Source: Promethearchaeota archaeon
GTDB taxonomy: Archaea; Asgardarchaeota; Lokiarchaeia; Sigyniarchaeales; SOKP01
Assembly: GCA_048937405.1 (NCBI GenBank)
Contig: JBHLNF010000002.1
Location: forward strand, 288,001 to 352,000
Length of the DNA stretch: 64,000 nucleotides
Direction: 5' to 3'
The notes under the pieces are model-generated. The model saw only the letters and a list, made by a program, of their open reading frames with translations. It did no database searches and was not told the origin of the DNA. Position numbers and translations under genes: made by a program. Below are positions 1 through 10,819 of this stretch, piece after piece (the first letter of the stretch is position 1; every line of letters starts with the position of its first letter).

Positions 1-321
1 TTACCAACTTATGTTAGGGGAGCCAATGGAGCTCTTTTCATGTATGACGTAACAAATTATAGTTCATTAGCCCACATTGATGATTGGCTTATGGTAATAA
101 AAAAGGAATTAAGAGCTGAAGATCAATTTCCTATTATTGTTGTTGGTGGAAAAGCGGACCTAGTTGGAGAACGTGAAGTAACTGGCGAAGAGGGAATTAA
201 TATTGCTAGATCCAGAGTTGTTGATGGTTTTATTGAATGTAGCTCAAAAACGGGTGAAAATGTTGAGGAAACATTCGAAGCTTTAACTCGATTGATGTTA
301 CAAAAGTCAAATTTAATCTAA
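1..321 (+). CDS. Rab-like small GTPase (5' truncated by window edge)
   Basis: Frame is open from base 1 (LPTYVRGANGALFMYDVT). G4-like GGKADL, G5-like ECSSKTGENVEETF. Confidence 0.9.
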   Translation, partial: LPTYVRGANGALFMYDVTNYSSLAHIDDWLMVIKKELRAEDQFPIIVVGGKADLVGEREVTGEEGINIARSRVVDGFIECSSKTGENVEETFEALTRLMLQKSNLI

Positions 322-388
322 ATATAAAAATCTTATTTTTTTAAAAAAAGATTAAAATTAATAAGAGTGACACTGTTAACTTTTAAAA

Positions 389-1324
389 CTATGAATTAAT
401 ATCTTCTTCTAATGCTAATCTTTGCTTAAGTCTTAAATCTCTTCTTCTCCTTGAAACCATTATTTGAAACTCTAAATCTTTTTTGTATCTCTCAGCACAA
501 CGCAGAATTTCTTTAGAAACATCTTTTTCATTAATTTCATAGGAAATTTTGATTCCATCAAAAATCGGTATTTCTGAAAACTTATCAAAAATGATTTCTA
601 AAAAATCTTCTGGTAATAGATCTGATCTATCTTTTACAGCGATCTCAATTATTTCTTCAAGCTTTTTGTAGATCTCTCTTTTACTAAATTGACAAAATAC
701 ACACTTAGACATACGATTTTTGAAAATGTTTAAAATTATTAATCCTGTTATAAATTTGAAATTTCGAATTAATAGATTTTCATCTTCGCTATTATAAACA
801 CTAATGTATTGCTGAATATATTTAGTTGTATTAAGATATAATCTAGAAAATAGCTTTGCTCTATCAAAATAAGCAGGAACGATGCAAAAGATACGAGTAA
901 ACCAGAATGGATTCATATCTATTGGGGGATCTTGATAAAATATATAATAAACAGTCCTTCCATCTCTTTCTTTGTATAAGGTAGATTCCTTTTTGAGCAT
1001 ATTTAAATATGTTGAAATTGTTGTACGAGCAATTTCTTTAAAGTATCGTTTGTATTCTTCTTCAACTTCTCCTGTTGTTATTTTTTTTTTCCCCGCTAAA
1101 TAAAATTTTAAAAGAATACCTAAGATCCGGTTCTCGTGAAGTCGACCAGTCTTAATCTGTTGTTCTTCTGATTCATCTTCTCGAAATTGGTATAAATAAC
1201 CAATTTCTGGAGCAAAATCTTGAATAACTTTATCTATTAATTTAAGTTCAGTATCTTTAATTTCTAAACTTACTAATTTCGTGCTTTCAATTATGAGTTT
1301 TTCAATTTCAGATCTTTCAGACAA
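389..1324 (-). CDS. Winged-helix (ArsR-like) domain protein, putative regulator
   Basis: ARTTISTYLNMLKKESTLYKERDGRTVYY resembles a wHTH recognition helix plus wing. Confidence 0.6.
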   Translation of the reverse strand: MSERSEIEKLIIESTKLVSLEIKDTELKLIDKVIQDFAPEIGYLYQFREDESEEQQIKTGRLHENRILGILLKFYLAGKKKITTGEVEEEYKRYFKEIARTTISTYLNMLKKESTLYKERDGRTVYYIFYQDPPIDMNPFWFTRIFCIVPAYFDRAKLFSRLYLNTTKYIQQYISVYNSEDENLLIRNFKFITGLIILNIFKNRMSKCVFCQFSKREIYKKLEEIIEIAVKDRSDLLPEDFLEIIFDKFSEIPIFDGIKISYEINEKDVSKEILRCAERYKKDLEFQIMVSRRRRDLRLKQRLALEEDINS

Positions 1325-1426
1325 TGCTAAAATACTCTTTAAGTTAAACTTATTTTAATATTAAACTACATTATTAAAATAATTTCATTATTTTAATAAA
1401 GTTACTATTTAAATTATATAATATGA

Positions 1427-3217
1427 TTATATTTTTTCTCTATATTTTTTTTTCCATATAGGATCTGCTTCTTGTAATATTCTCCTTTGAATCTTTCCAA
1501 TTAAATTCTTTGGAATTTCACCGATAACAGCAACGCTATGAGGAACTTTGTAATTTGCCATATTTTCCTTTGCCCATTCTTTTATTTTTTGAGGTGAGCA
1601 ATCGGAATCTTCTTTAATTGAAACCCATGCTTTTATTATTTCTCCGTATTCTTCGTCAGGAAGACCTGCTACAGCAACCTCTACTATATCGGGATGCTTT
1701 ATTAATAATTTTTCAACCTCTTTAGGAAATACTGAATATCCTTTACATTTTATAATTTGTTTTTTCCTGTCTCTAATTTCTATAGTTCCATCTTCATTCA
1801 TAAAACCAATATCTCCAGTTAAAAGCCATAATTTTCCATTATACTCTATAATAGTTTGTTCTGTTTCTTCTGATTCTTCAAGATATTCCATCATTATTTG
1901 AGGACCACTTATATAAATCTCACCTGTGTGATCAATTCCAAAATTTTTATCATCAGAATTCCCCATACTTATTGGTCCTTTATTAGGATCGTCAATAGGC
2001 CAAATACCCCATTCTGTACCTGTTAAGGGCATTCCAATAGTTCCAATAGGACTCTCACTAAATAAGTTGCCTGCACTTACAACAGGACTAGCTTCTGATA
2101 GACCATATCCTTCAACAATCCTACCACCTGTATTTTTAACGAAAGCATCTCGAACAGATTCATGTAAAGGTCCTGCGCCTGAAATACATAAAATTAATTT
2201 ACCGATAACTCCTGGAAATCTTATTTTTAAATTTTTTAATTCTGCTAATCTTTTAAATAAAATTTCTGTCCCCGCATATATTAACCCTTCCTTACAAGGT
2301 AATTTCTCAATTTGTTCACATAATTCCGTTTGAGAAGGAGGAGTTGGGAACAGCATTATCCAGCCACCAACAGCCAAGGAAGTATTCATTACAGCTGTAT
2401 GAGCGAAACTATGAAATAATGGTAAAATACCAATATTTCCTATTCCGGGTCTCTCACCCCCTAACCATAGTTTACACTGCAATGCATTAGAGACGACATT
2501 AAAATGAGTTAAAACGGCAGCTTTTGGTAACCCTGTAGTTCCGCCTGTCATAATATAAGTAGCAGGGTGATATTTTACATCAATATTAATTTTCGGAATA
2601 TTTACTTCCGTTTTTAGGAGTTCTTGAAATTTAAATGCCCTATGAAAATCAACTTTTCCTGTAGGTATTTTTTTAATAAATTTACTAATAGCTCTCTTTA
2701 CTCCTTTAATTTCGGATAAATCTGCTAGATTTGTATAAACAACAATTTTTATTATTGACTCGTGAATAATTGGCTTAATTGAAGAATCATATAACGCATC
2801 TAATACTATAAGCATTTTTGGCTTTATTATCTCAAGCTGGTGAAGAACTTCCATTGGTTGAAAAGTAGGATTAATTCCACTAGCAATTGCACCAATCCTT
2901 GTAATTGCAAAATATGCTACAATATATTGAGGACAATTAGGAAGGTATATTGCAACAACATCACCTTTTTTAATACCTTGGTTTACTAAAGCTGTAGCAA
3001 ATGACTTCACATAGTCCTGAAACTGCTTATAAGTAATCCAACTATCTAAAAACCATATAAAATTATCTTTTGCGTATTTTTCAACTTGTTCATCTAGAAA
3101 ATCATTTAACGTTTTTTCTTCGAAGTTAAAATTATAGGGTACATTTTCTGGCCACCATTTTTTAAACCAACGTTTATTTTCATCAACATAGAAGGATTTC
3201 TGTATTTTTAAAGCCAT
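1427..3217 (-). CDS. Long-chain fatty acid--CoA ligase (AMP-binding family)
   Basis: MTGGTTGLPKAA, EGYGLSE, TGDIG, DRKK and PKNLIGKI adenylation motifs. Confidence 0.92.
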   Translation of the reverse strand: MALKIQKSFYVDENKRWFKKWWPENVPYNFNFEEKTLNDFLDEQVEKYAKDNFIWFLDSWITYKQFQDYVKSFATALVNQGIKKGDVVAIYLPNCPQYIVAYFAITRIGAIASGINPTFQPMEVLHQLEIIKPKMLIVLDALYDSSIKPIIHESIIKIVVYTNLADLSEIKGVKRAISKFIKKIPTGKVDFHRAFKFQELLKTEVNIPKINIDVKYHPATYIMTGGTTGLPKAAVLTHFNVVSNALQCKLWLGGERPGIGNIGILPLFHSFAHTAVMNTSLAVGGWIMLFPTPPSQTELCEQIEKLPCKEGLIYAGTEILFKRLAELKNLKIRFPGVIGKLILCISGAGPLHESVRDAFVKNTGGRIVEGYGLSEASPVVSAGNLFSESPIGTIGMPLTGTEWGIWPIDDPNKGPISMGNSDDKNFGIDHTGEIYISGPQIMMEYLEESEETEQTIIEYNGKLWLLTGDIGFMNEDGTIEIRDRKKQIIKCKGYSVFPKEVEKLLIKHPDIVEVAVAGLPDEEYGEIIKAWVSIKEDSDCSPQKIKEWAKENMANYKVPHSVAVIGEIPKNLIGKIQRRILQEADPIWKKKYREKI

Positions 3218-3396
3218 AATTTCTAAACAGTTTTTGGAATTTTTTTTGTTTGCTTATATCACTTTGATTATCTAAAATTTAAAGTTTTGTAAGTATTAAT
3301 AACTGAAAAATCTTAGTCTTAACAAAAATTATCAAATTTGATATTAGAAATCAGTAAATTTAAACAAAAAATAAAAAAAATTAAAAGAAATTAAAA

Positions 3397-5454
3397 TTAG
3401 TATCTTCTATCCTTTCTCCGCTTTATCAATATAGTAGCAACACCTACTAAACTTACTCCAGCAATCAAAACGATTATAGCCCAGAAACCTTCCTCTTCGA
3501 AAACCATATAGACACTGAAGGTTGGATCGTGCCATATCCCTTGACCAGTACCATTAAACTCAGGATAACAAACCGCATATACCATCACATTAAATTCTGT
3601 ACTAATTCTAATATCTGAAGCATAGGTTTTGGATTCAGTCCCATTACCTAATTCAAAGGTATCATGTCTATTCAATTCCCATTTGTACAGAACAAGCGGT
3701 AATACATTTGTATTTGCATTATGTTCTTCCGCTGTACTTCTATCATTACCAAGTTCATAGAAAAAACCTGCAATATCGACAAAGTCTAACTTTTCTTCTG
3801 CTTTTCTACCAATGTAATTTCCTACCTTTAATTCATGTGTTTCATCAACATAATCTTCGTTCGGATCTAAAATTACCTCAGGTTCATCTGCTTCTTCATT
3901 AACATTTACATTTAAGTGAAAGTGTAATACGGTAGATACATAAATAATAGCTAAATCTAATCCCGCAATATTTGAATTAGGACCATTACCGTCATTCCAA
4001 GGAGCAAAAAATTGATCCAATTTAACATTTCCTCTCGCATATCCAGTTTCTTCATCCTTAGTTGGTATAAATGTGAATCCAAAGTAAATGTATTCAAGAT
4101 TTTCCTGTTCTGTTTGTAAATATGAATCTAAATCAACAAACATAGGAACTGCAGATATATTTACATCATTTATCCTTAAGCCCCATGAAATACTATTTTC
4201 TCCTTCGGCAGGATCTGGTTTTCTAAACTCAAATTCTCCTACAGAGCCTAAAATGAGTCTATGACTTAGTTCAGAACCATCAGGAATCTGTATAGGATCT
4301 CCAGCTTCATCTAATATAACATCACCATCAGCATCAGTTACATTTACATAACTCGCTGAGATTTTGTTATTTGAATCTGCATCATTATATAAGAACGCGC
4401 CTGCTAAATGATGAGTAAAAAGGTAAAATTCAATATCACAACCGTTAAAAGCACTGGCTATAGCTTGTTCTGCTGATCCGCCATCTCCAGTAAAAGCATC
4501 TAAAATCTCACTAACATCAATATGAATTTCGAAATTTTTAACCCATAATTGAATTAAATCAAAAGAGAACTGAGTCCAAAGTTTTTCAGCTAAATCTCCT
4601 TCTGTAGTATTTGTTAATAACCATTCCATATAATTATCTCTTCTATTCGTAGCATTAATAAGCCAAGCTTCTTTTTCAACATCGGGAACCTCTATATCAC
4701 CTTCAGTTATATTATAATCAGAACCGGTATATTTCCAAGTCTTCTCAATAGTATAGCTTGATGGTGTAATATTTAATTTTTGCCAAGTTATGGGATTTAA
4801 TATGAATAATTCATCTCCAGTAAATATATCATTAAAATGAATTAAAAACCAGGTAATTATTGAAATTCCCTCCTTAATAACATTCTGAGATATTTCTACA
4901 CCTCTCTCTTGAAGTGTTAATATTTTCCTCAAAAAACCAAGTACTCTATTTATCGCATCCACAAATGATTTATCATGGTCCCAAATGATTAGAGTGACCG
5001 CAGCACCTGCTTCTAATTCAAAAGAATAACTACCGTCTTTAGTAATTTCACAATAAGCAAAGCCTTTATCAGAAGATGTTTCATAATCATTCGGAAGATA
5101 ATAATATTCTTTATTATTCCCTGAGTCAAAATCTTTTATACCAGAAATTGTTCTTGTGGTATTGGCACTTAACACATAGACACTATCCATTTTTTCATGT
5201 TTAGTAAGATTTAATCCCTGCATTAATAATGCTTCGAATACAGTTCCGAGGATTTGTCCAGCATATCCTAAGTTATTACTAAAAATTGATCCAAAACCTC
5301 CCCGAAAACCATCAAAAATACCAGCATCCACTTGATTCAAATTTAAATCATTGTTATAATCCTTTTCTTGCCCCAATACTGCCATTGGCATTGTAAATAC
5401 GGAAGTAACTACGATCGTGATAACCATTAAGGATTTCATATTTAAATTTTTCAT
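3397..5454 (-). CDS. Secreted, C-terminally anchored acidic surface protein
   Basis: N-terminal signal peptide, acidic ectodomain, C-terminal TM helix followed by KRRKDRRY. Confidence 0.75.
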   Translation of the reverse strand: MKNLNMKSLMVITIVVTSVFTMPMAVLGQEKDYNNDLNLNQVDAGIFDGFRGGFGSIFSNNLGYAGQILGTVFEALLMQGLNLTKHEKMDSVYVLSANTTRTISGIKDFDSGNNKEYYYLPNDYETSSDKGFAYCEITKDGSYSFELEAGAAVTLIIWDHDKSFVDAINRVLGFLRKILTLQERGVEISQNVIKEGISIITWFLIHFNDIFTGDELFILNPITWQKLNITPSSYTIEKTWKYTGSDYNITEGDIEVPDVEKEAWLINATNRRDNYMEWLLTNTTEGDLAEKLWTQFSFDLIQLWVKNFEIHIDVSEILDAFTGDGGSAEQAIASAFNGCDIEFYLFTHHLAGAFLYNDADSNNKISASYVNVTDADGDVILDEAGDPIQIPDGSELSHRLILGSVGEFEFRKPDPAEGENSISWGLRINDVNISAVPMFVDLDSYLQTEQENLEYIYFGFTFIPTKDEETGYARGNVKLDQFFAPWNDGNGPNSNIAGLDLAIIYVSTVLHFHLNVNVNEEADEPEVILDPNEDYVDETHELKVGNYIGRKAEEKLDFVDIAGFFYELGNDRSTAEEHNANTNVLPLVLYKWELNRHDTFELGNGTESKTYASDIRISTEFNVMVYAVCYPEFNGTGQGIWHDPTFSVYMVFEEEGFWAIIVLIAGVSLVGVATILIKRRKDRRY

Positions 5455-5759
5455 AATATTCTAATTTTTTATTGTTATAATTTAGTATCTATTAGTTTTA
5501 TAATCAAAATATGATTTTTTAATAATTTTTGTTCTAATATAATAGAGACTTTAAAAAAATTTACGTTGAATATATATAAATGATGAAAAGTCCATAGAAA
5601 GTGTAATTCTAATTTCCTTTTCTACTTAAAATTATCAATATAACAATTATTTTTTATATAAATTGATCGAGATAAAATTTATCTCCAATAAAAGGATTGG
5701 GTTGTAAAATGTTCCTGAAATCCTCCTACTTTCTGGGAAATAAAATTATCAGATTTATT

Positions 5760-6764
5760 TCATTCAGCTTGGAAAAATGTATAAAAAAATACAGAAATAT
5801 ATAAAACCGCTGAAAGAATTAAGCTCCAAATTCTTAAGAATCCAGAAATTTCTGTCGTAGAGAATAGTACATTTGAACCTACAAACACAGCAGCAATAAG
5901 ATATCCGAATAAATGACTTTTAAAACTCTTTACTTTTGATTTTCCTTGGAAATAATTTACAATCGAAATAATAAGAATAAGAATAAATCCTCCCCAATAA
6001 AAAAGTTCAATTACTTCAAACTTATATAGGTCTAGAAATAAAAAAAAGGCAAAAAGAAATATCTCAAAAATTCGAATATCCCAGATAATATCTCTTTTTG
6101 AAGAATCTACCCACAGTTGTTCATATTCACTAATACCAGAATTATACAACAATAATATAAAAGACCCTATAGCCAAGGCAGTAAATAACGAGTAAGAGAT
6201 ACTGAATAAAAACGGAAGAAATTTAAGCCATATATCATTCCATAGAAAATCTGTTAATGCTAAAAAACCGGGTAAAACACTTACTGCGCAAAATATTGGA
6301 ATTACCGATGCCAAGATCATCATAATCCATGTTATTTTTGAAATCTTTGTATCATCCTCCCATCTTTCTTTTCTAAATGTTGTTAATCTCCATGCCATAG
6401 AAGCAAAGCTTAGAATGGATATTAATGGTGTAATTATAGGAAAAATGAAAATCATCATAATATAAATAGCATTTATCCCATAGAAGAATTTCAATCTTGA
6501 TGGAACTACACTAACAGTCTTATCAAAATCATCAAGAGTATTAGCAAAACGATTAATAAAAAGAATCATGAAAAATAACCATGAAACACTAAAAATAAAT
6601 GGACTCAATATCTTAATTACTAGTATTGTAATTGTAGGATCATTTGTATACCATAAATTAAAATCAGCTAAATTATAGATTAAAAAAATCGCAATAGGAA
6701 TTAAAATTATTGATAGCAAAACAATTAAACGACTGACTATAATCCCTTTTATCTCTTTAGGCAT
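5760..6764 (-). CDS. Multi-pass membrane protein
   Basis: About 9-10 hydrophobic segments. Confidence 0.75.
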   Translation of the reverse strand: MPKEIKGIIVSRLIVLLSIILIPIAIFLIYNLADFNLWYTNDPTITILVIKILSPFIFSVSWLFFMILFINRFANTLDDFDKTVSVVPSRLKFFYGINAIYIMMIFIFPIITPLISILSFASMAWRLTTFRKERWEDDTKISKITWIMMILASVIPIFCAVSVLPGFLALTDFLWNDIWLKFLPFLFSISYSLFTALAIGSFILLLYNSGISEYEQLWVDSSKRDIIWDIRIFEIFLFAFFLFLDLYKFEVIELFYWGGFILILIISIVNYFQGKSKVKSFKSHLFGYLIAAVFVGSNVLFSTTEISGFLRIWSLILSAVLYISVFFYTFFQAE

Positions 6765-6904
6765 AATTTATATTCTTACATTGAACTTTTAATATTAATA
6801 TAGAATACTATGATTCAATAATTAATATATTTTTATTGAAAATATTATCAGATTTAAAAAAATTGATAATTATATTATGTTTTAAAATTTTAAGCTATTA
6901 ATAT

Positions 6905-7672
6905 CTATTTTTTTGCTCCGCAATTTGTGCAAAATAAATCTTCACTAGTCAATTTAGCTCCACAATTTTTGCAGTAATCAGATGTAGGAGTACTCTCCTC
7001 TTCTATAACTTCTCTAGCGAACATTTCGCCCGGTACTAGATCCTCATCCTTGACTTTTATTTTCTTCTTTTTTTTTTTTTCTTTCCCACCTGTAGGTTTA
7101 TATTTCAAACTTCCTATAAATGCACCAAATACAGCACCAACTAATGTTCCTTCCAAAACTGCTGTAAGAACAGCGACTAGATATGGCAAATCAGTTAATC
7201 CTATTAATAATCCATCCAAAATTGCGGGTCCTAATCCTGCTGGTATCACAATTGCTAATATGATGTAAATTATTGAAAGTATAATTACATATCCAATTCC
7301 TATGGCAAAACTAGTATGTACTCCTCCACGCGGAGAATGAGCAAATAGACCACTAGTAATAGCACAGCATAGAATCCAAGGAATGGTTACTGCTATTATA
7401 AGCATTACATCATCGGGACGATAAAATAAACACCAATGTATAGGAAATAAGAATATTAATACTGCTCCAATTAACATTCCAGCAAGTATTTGTAGTAATA
7501 AACCAATCCCACCAAGCTCACTAGTTAATGATCCTATAGCATCATCAACATTAGTAATCAATCCTCCAGTTATACCCTCAGTGAGGTTGAGAAACCTAAA
7601 TGAAACAAATGCCATTGGAATAAGGCAACACATACCCGCGCATCCTGACTTAATAACACGACCCCATCCCAT
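6905..7672 (-). CDS. Membrane protein with C-terminal double zinc ribbon
   Basis: Gly-rich TM helices, poly-Lys linker, CKNCG...FCTNCG. Confidence 0.8.
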   Translation of the reverse strand: MGWGRVIKSGCAGMCCLIPMAFVSFRFLNLTEGITGGLITNVDDAIGSLTSELGGIGLLLQILAGMLIGAVLIFLFPIHWCLFYRPDDVMLIIAVTIPWILCCAITSGLFAHSPRGGVHTSFAIGIGYVIILSIIYIILAIVIPAGLGPAILDGLLIGLTDLPYLVAVLTAVLEGTLVGAVFGAFIGSLKYKPTGGKEKKKKKKIKVKDEDLVPGEMFAREVIEEESTPTSDYCKNCGAKLTSEDLFCTNCGAKK

Positions 7673-7874
7673 AATTATCCCAAGTTAAAAGTGATTAAAT
7701 GATTTTAATTTCATTATTACTATTCAACAACTAAAAACTATTTATACTTTTGTTTTACTTTAATATCTCCAAAACTGTCTATCTTACTTGGAGTATAATT
7801 TTACTAATTAAATGATTAACTTATTATTTTATAATCTTAAAATTTTTAAAAAAAGGAATAAAAAATATTGGATT

Positions 7875-8582
7875 TTATTTAATAGAAATAATTTTCCCGC
7901 CATCCATTCTAATTGTTTTAGTTCCATAGGAAGATAAGTCTCTATGTGTTACTACCAAAACAGTAGTTTCCATTTCTTTATTTATCTTTTTTAGTAGTCC
8001 CATAACTTCTTTTTCAGATTGAGGATCTAGGTTTCCTGAGGGTTCATCTGCTAAAATAACCCGAGGTCTATGGATTATAGCCCGTGCAATCGCACACCTC
8101 TGTTTTTCTCCACCAGACATCTGCACAGGAAAATGATCTTTACGATCAAGTAAATCAACATCTCTCAATGCAGCAATCGCTCTATTTTCAATCTCTTTTT
8201 GTCGTAAGACAGTTGGCCATAAAACAGATTCAACATTTTCTATAGCTGTTAAAGTTCTAACAAGATTAAAATCTTGAAACACAAATCCAATTTTCTGTCT
8301 TCTAAGCTTACTTAATCTATCTTCTGTTGATCTAGCGATGTTCTCTCCATCTAATATAATTCTCCCTGAATCTGGGAGATCCAATCCGGAAAGAACATTA
8401 AGGAGAGTAGATTTTCCACAACCAGTAGGACCTTGGATTATAGCAAATTCTCCAGATCTTATTTTTAAATTCACATCTGCTAATGCTCGTATTATAGCAC
8501 CAGCTCTTCTATATTCTTTATTAACATCAATAGCTTCAATCATAATATCTTTTTCTGACATTTTTTCTACCTCCTTATTCAC
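7875..8582 (-). CDS. ABC transporter ATP-binding protein (LolD/FtsE/MacB type)
   Basis: GPTGCGKS, MSGGEKQR, ILADEPSGNLD, VVTH. Confidence 0.95.
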   Translation of the reverse strand: MNKEVEKMSEKDIMIEAIDVNKEYRRAGAIIRALADVNLKIRSGEFAIIQGPTGCGKSTLLNVLSGLDLPDSGRIILDGENIARSTEDRLSKLRRQKIGFVFQDFNLVRTLTAIENVESVLWPTVLRQKEIENRAIAALRDVDLLDRKDHFPVQMSGGEKQRCAIARAIIHRPRVILADEPSGNLDPQSEKEVMGLLKKINKEMETTVLVVTHRDLSSYGTKTIRMDGGKIISIK

Positions 8583-9096
8583 CTACTTTTTTAAGTGCTA
8601 TTATTGGCCTCACCTTAAGGACTTTTCTATAGGCTACAATAAATGCTATTATTTGAACACCTATAAATATACCACTAGTAACAACCACAGGAACTAAGTC
8701 TACTAAGATTAAAAGAGTGATATCTAAATCTGTTTGGTTAATATAAGCAACAATAGCAGCGTAATGAAATAACATTTCAATTACAATAAAAAAACCTACT
8801 ATAGTTGTAAAAAAGATCATACCTGAAACTAAGGACAATATATTTTTATTAGTATAACCAATACATTTAAATGTAGCCCAAATACGCCTTTTTCTCGAAA
8901 CTAAAATCCAAGCATAAAGTAATGAAAGAAATAAACTGGTAATAAAAAAAATTGACAGAAAATAAGGACCTAAATCTAATTGTATAGCTAAACTTGTTAA
9001 AAATATTAATACCGTATATATCAATGTAAAAATAATAAATACTTTTTTTTCACGTAAAGAGAGAAGAACCGCTTTTCTCCACATTCTAAAAACCAA
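8575..9096 (-). CDS. Small FtsX-like ABC permease
   Basis: Four TM helices, RRIWATFKCIGY and C-terminal VRPIIALK FtsX-type motifs. Adjoins the ATPase gene. Confidence 0.75.
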   Translation of the reverse strand: MVFRMWRKAVLLSLREKKVFIIFTLIYTVLIFLTSLAIQLDLGPYFLSIFFITSLFLSLLYAWILVSRKRRIWATFKCIGYTNKNILSLVSGMIFFTTIVGFFIVIEMLFHYAAIVAYINQTDLDITLLILVDLVPVVVTSGIFIGVQIIAFIVAYRKVLKVRPIIALKKVGE

Positions 9097-9193
9097 ATAA
9101 TGTCACCGTACTTTTTTCAATTTATTTTTAAATTATATTTAAATTTATAATTGATTTTATTTATGTTATTATAACAATTTAATAATAAATATT

Positions 9194-9604
9194 TTGGTGG
9201 AAATGTCTGAAATTGAAGCACTTATTGATGAATTGTTAAATGAAGAACAAAATATCTTTGGAGTAGCGATAATAAGCAAAGATGGTAGATTGCTAACTCA
9301 AACTGAAAATTGGAATATTGTAGGTGATTTAGATTTAATCAATGAATTACTTAACCAGAAGCTTGAGTTAGGTGAAAAGGGAATTAGTAGTATCACAATT
9401 CAAGGAATAAAATATATGATCGTAGAAAATACTGAAGAAAGAAAAATTGGCACAAATATCACAGGTAAAGGGCATATCATCATTTGTCCTGTTCCAATCG
9501 GAGGTACGGGTGCATTAATCTGTTATATTAATCCCCAAGCAGGACCAAGAGATGCTCTCTTTGCAGCTCAAGAGTATGCTTTAAAATTAAAGGATTTGGT
9601 ATAA
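9194..9604 (+). CDS. Lokiarchaeal profilin (actin regulator)
   Basis: TQTENW, IQGIKYMIVENTEERKIGTNITGKGH and NPQAGPRD closely match Loki profilin as recalled. Likely ATG start at 9203. Confidence 0.92.
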   Translation: MVEMSEIEALIDELLNEEQNIFGVAIISKDGRLLTQTENWNIVGDLDLINELLNQKLELGEKGISSITIQGIKYMIVENTEERKIGTNITGKGHIIICPVPIGGTGALICYINPQAGPRDALFAAQEYALKLKDLV

Positions 9605-9610
9605 TTTATT

Positions 9611-10738
9611 TTAATTTTTTTTTTTAAATGAAGGCCAGTAATTACTTAAAAGATTTTTTAAATTAGATTTAATCTTATCAATTTCATTCTTTTTTGATTT
9701 ATTTGAAAAGTCTAGATATTCAAAAGGAGGTCTTTCATATTTCTCTTTCAATAAAGCTTGTATAACTGAATAAACGCAAACAGGTAAACCTAATAGGCTA
9801 TATCCACCTTCAAGGATAAAAATCAATTTTCCTTCACAGATATCTTCAGCAATCTTTAAAATTTTTTCAGTAAATTTATAATATGAACTCGATGTTAATA
9901 AACCATTTCCAATAGGATCTGTATAATGCATATCAAAACCAGCAGCAACTATAATAATATCTGGACTAAATTCTTTCAAAATAGGTTCAACGATTTCTAC
10001 AAACTCTAAAAAGTCATCATCAACGCAATTCATTGGGATTGGAAAATTTATATTCTTTCCAATACTTTTGCCTGCTCCTAATTCATTTATAAATCCAATA
10101 TCTCCTTCTATAAAGTCAAATTCATGAATAGAGAAATAAAGAACACTGGGATCCTCATAGAAATATTGTGCCAGACCATCTCCAAAATGATTGTCAATAT
10201 CTAAAATTGCAATTTTTTTATTAAAATTGAGTCTATCGCGCAAGTATAAAATTGAATTAGCAATATTATTAAAGATACAGAGACCTGATCCACTTTCTCG
10301 TAAAGCATGATGCCCAGGAGGTCTAATAAGGGCGAAAGATTGCATTACATCGTTTTCTATAACTGATTCAATTGCTTGGATTGCTCCTCCGATTGCTAAT
10401 TTGGCGAGCTTGAATGAATCTTTTGTAATAAATACCTCTTCATTCAACATAGCACCTTCTAAACTTGAAAGATACTTAATAGAATCGATATAATATTTAG
10501 TATGGGCTAATTGAATAATTGATTCATCTATTTTTTTAGGTTTTATTAAGGTAATTCTGTCGTCATTAAGAACATTTTTACTTTCTAAATAAGTTAGAAT
10601 AGCATGAATTCGAATAGGGGTTTCATACGAAAAAAAAATAGGATGTGGATAAGGGGGCTTATTTTTTGATGAAAAATCATCATCTATTATTAATCCAATT
10701 TTGTTTTTTTTTATCATACTAAAATTAAAAATATTCAA
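9611..10738 (-). CDS. Zn-dependent histone deacetylase-family protein
   Basis: RPPGHHA, GLCIFNN, DIDNHFGDG, AGFD, LEGGY. Confidence 0.93.
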   Translation of the reverse strand: MNIFNFSMIKKNKIGLIIDDDFSSKNKPPYPHPIFFSYETPIRIHAILTYLESKNVLNDDRITLIKPKKIDESIIQLAHTKYYIDSIKYLSSLEGAMLNEEVFITKDSFKLAKLAIGGAIQAIESVIENDVMQSFALIRPPGHHALRESGSGLCIFNNIANSILYLRDRLNFNKKIAILDIDNHFGDGLAQYFYEDPSVLYFSIHEFDFIEGDIGFINELGAGKSIGKNINFPIPMNCVDDDFLEFVEIVEPILKEFSPDIIIVAAGFDMHYTDPIGNGLLTSSSYYKFTEKILKIAEDICEGKLIFILEGGYSLLGLPVCVYSVIQALLKEKYERPPFEYLDFSNKSKKNEIDKIKSNLKNLLSNYWPSFKKKN

Positions 10739-10819
10739 AAATACCTAAATAATTATAATAAAATTAGCAATGTTTTCTTAAATATAATTCTTTAAAAAAA
10801 AAATGATCGTGAGAATAGA

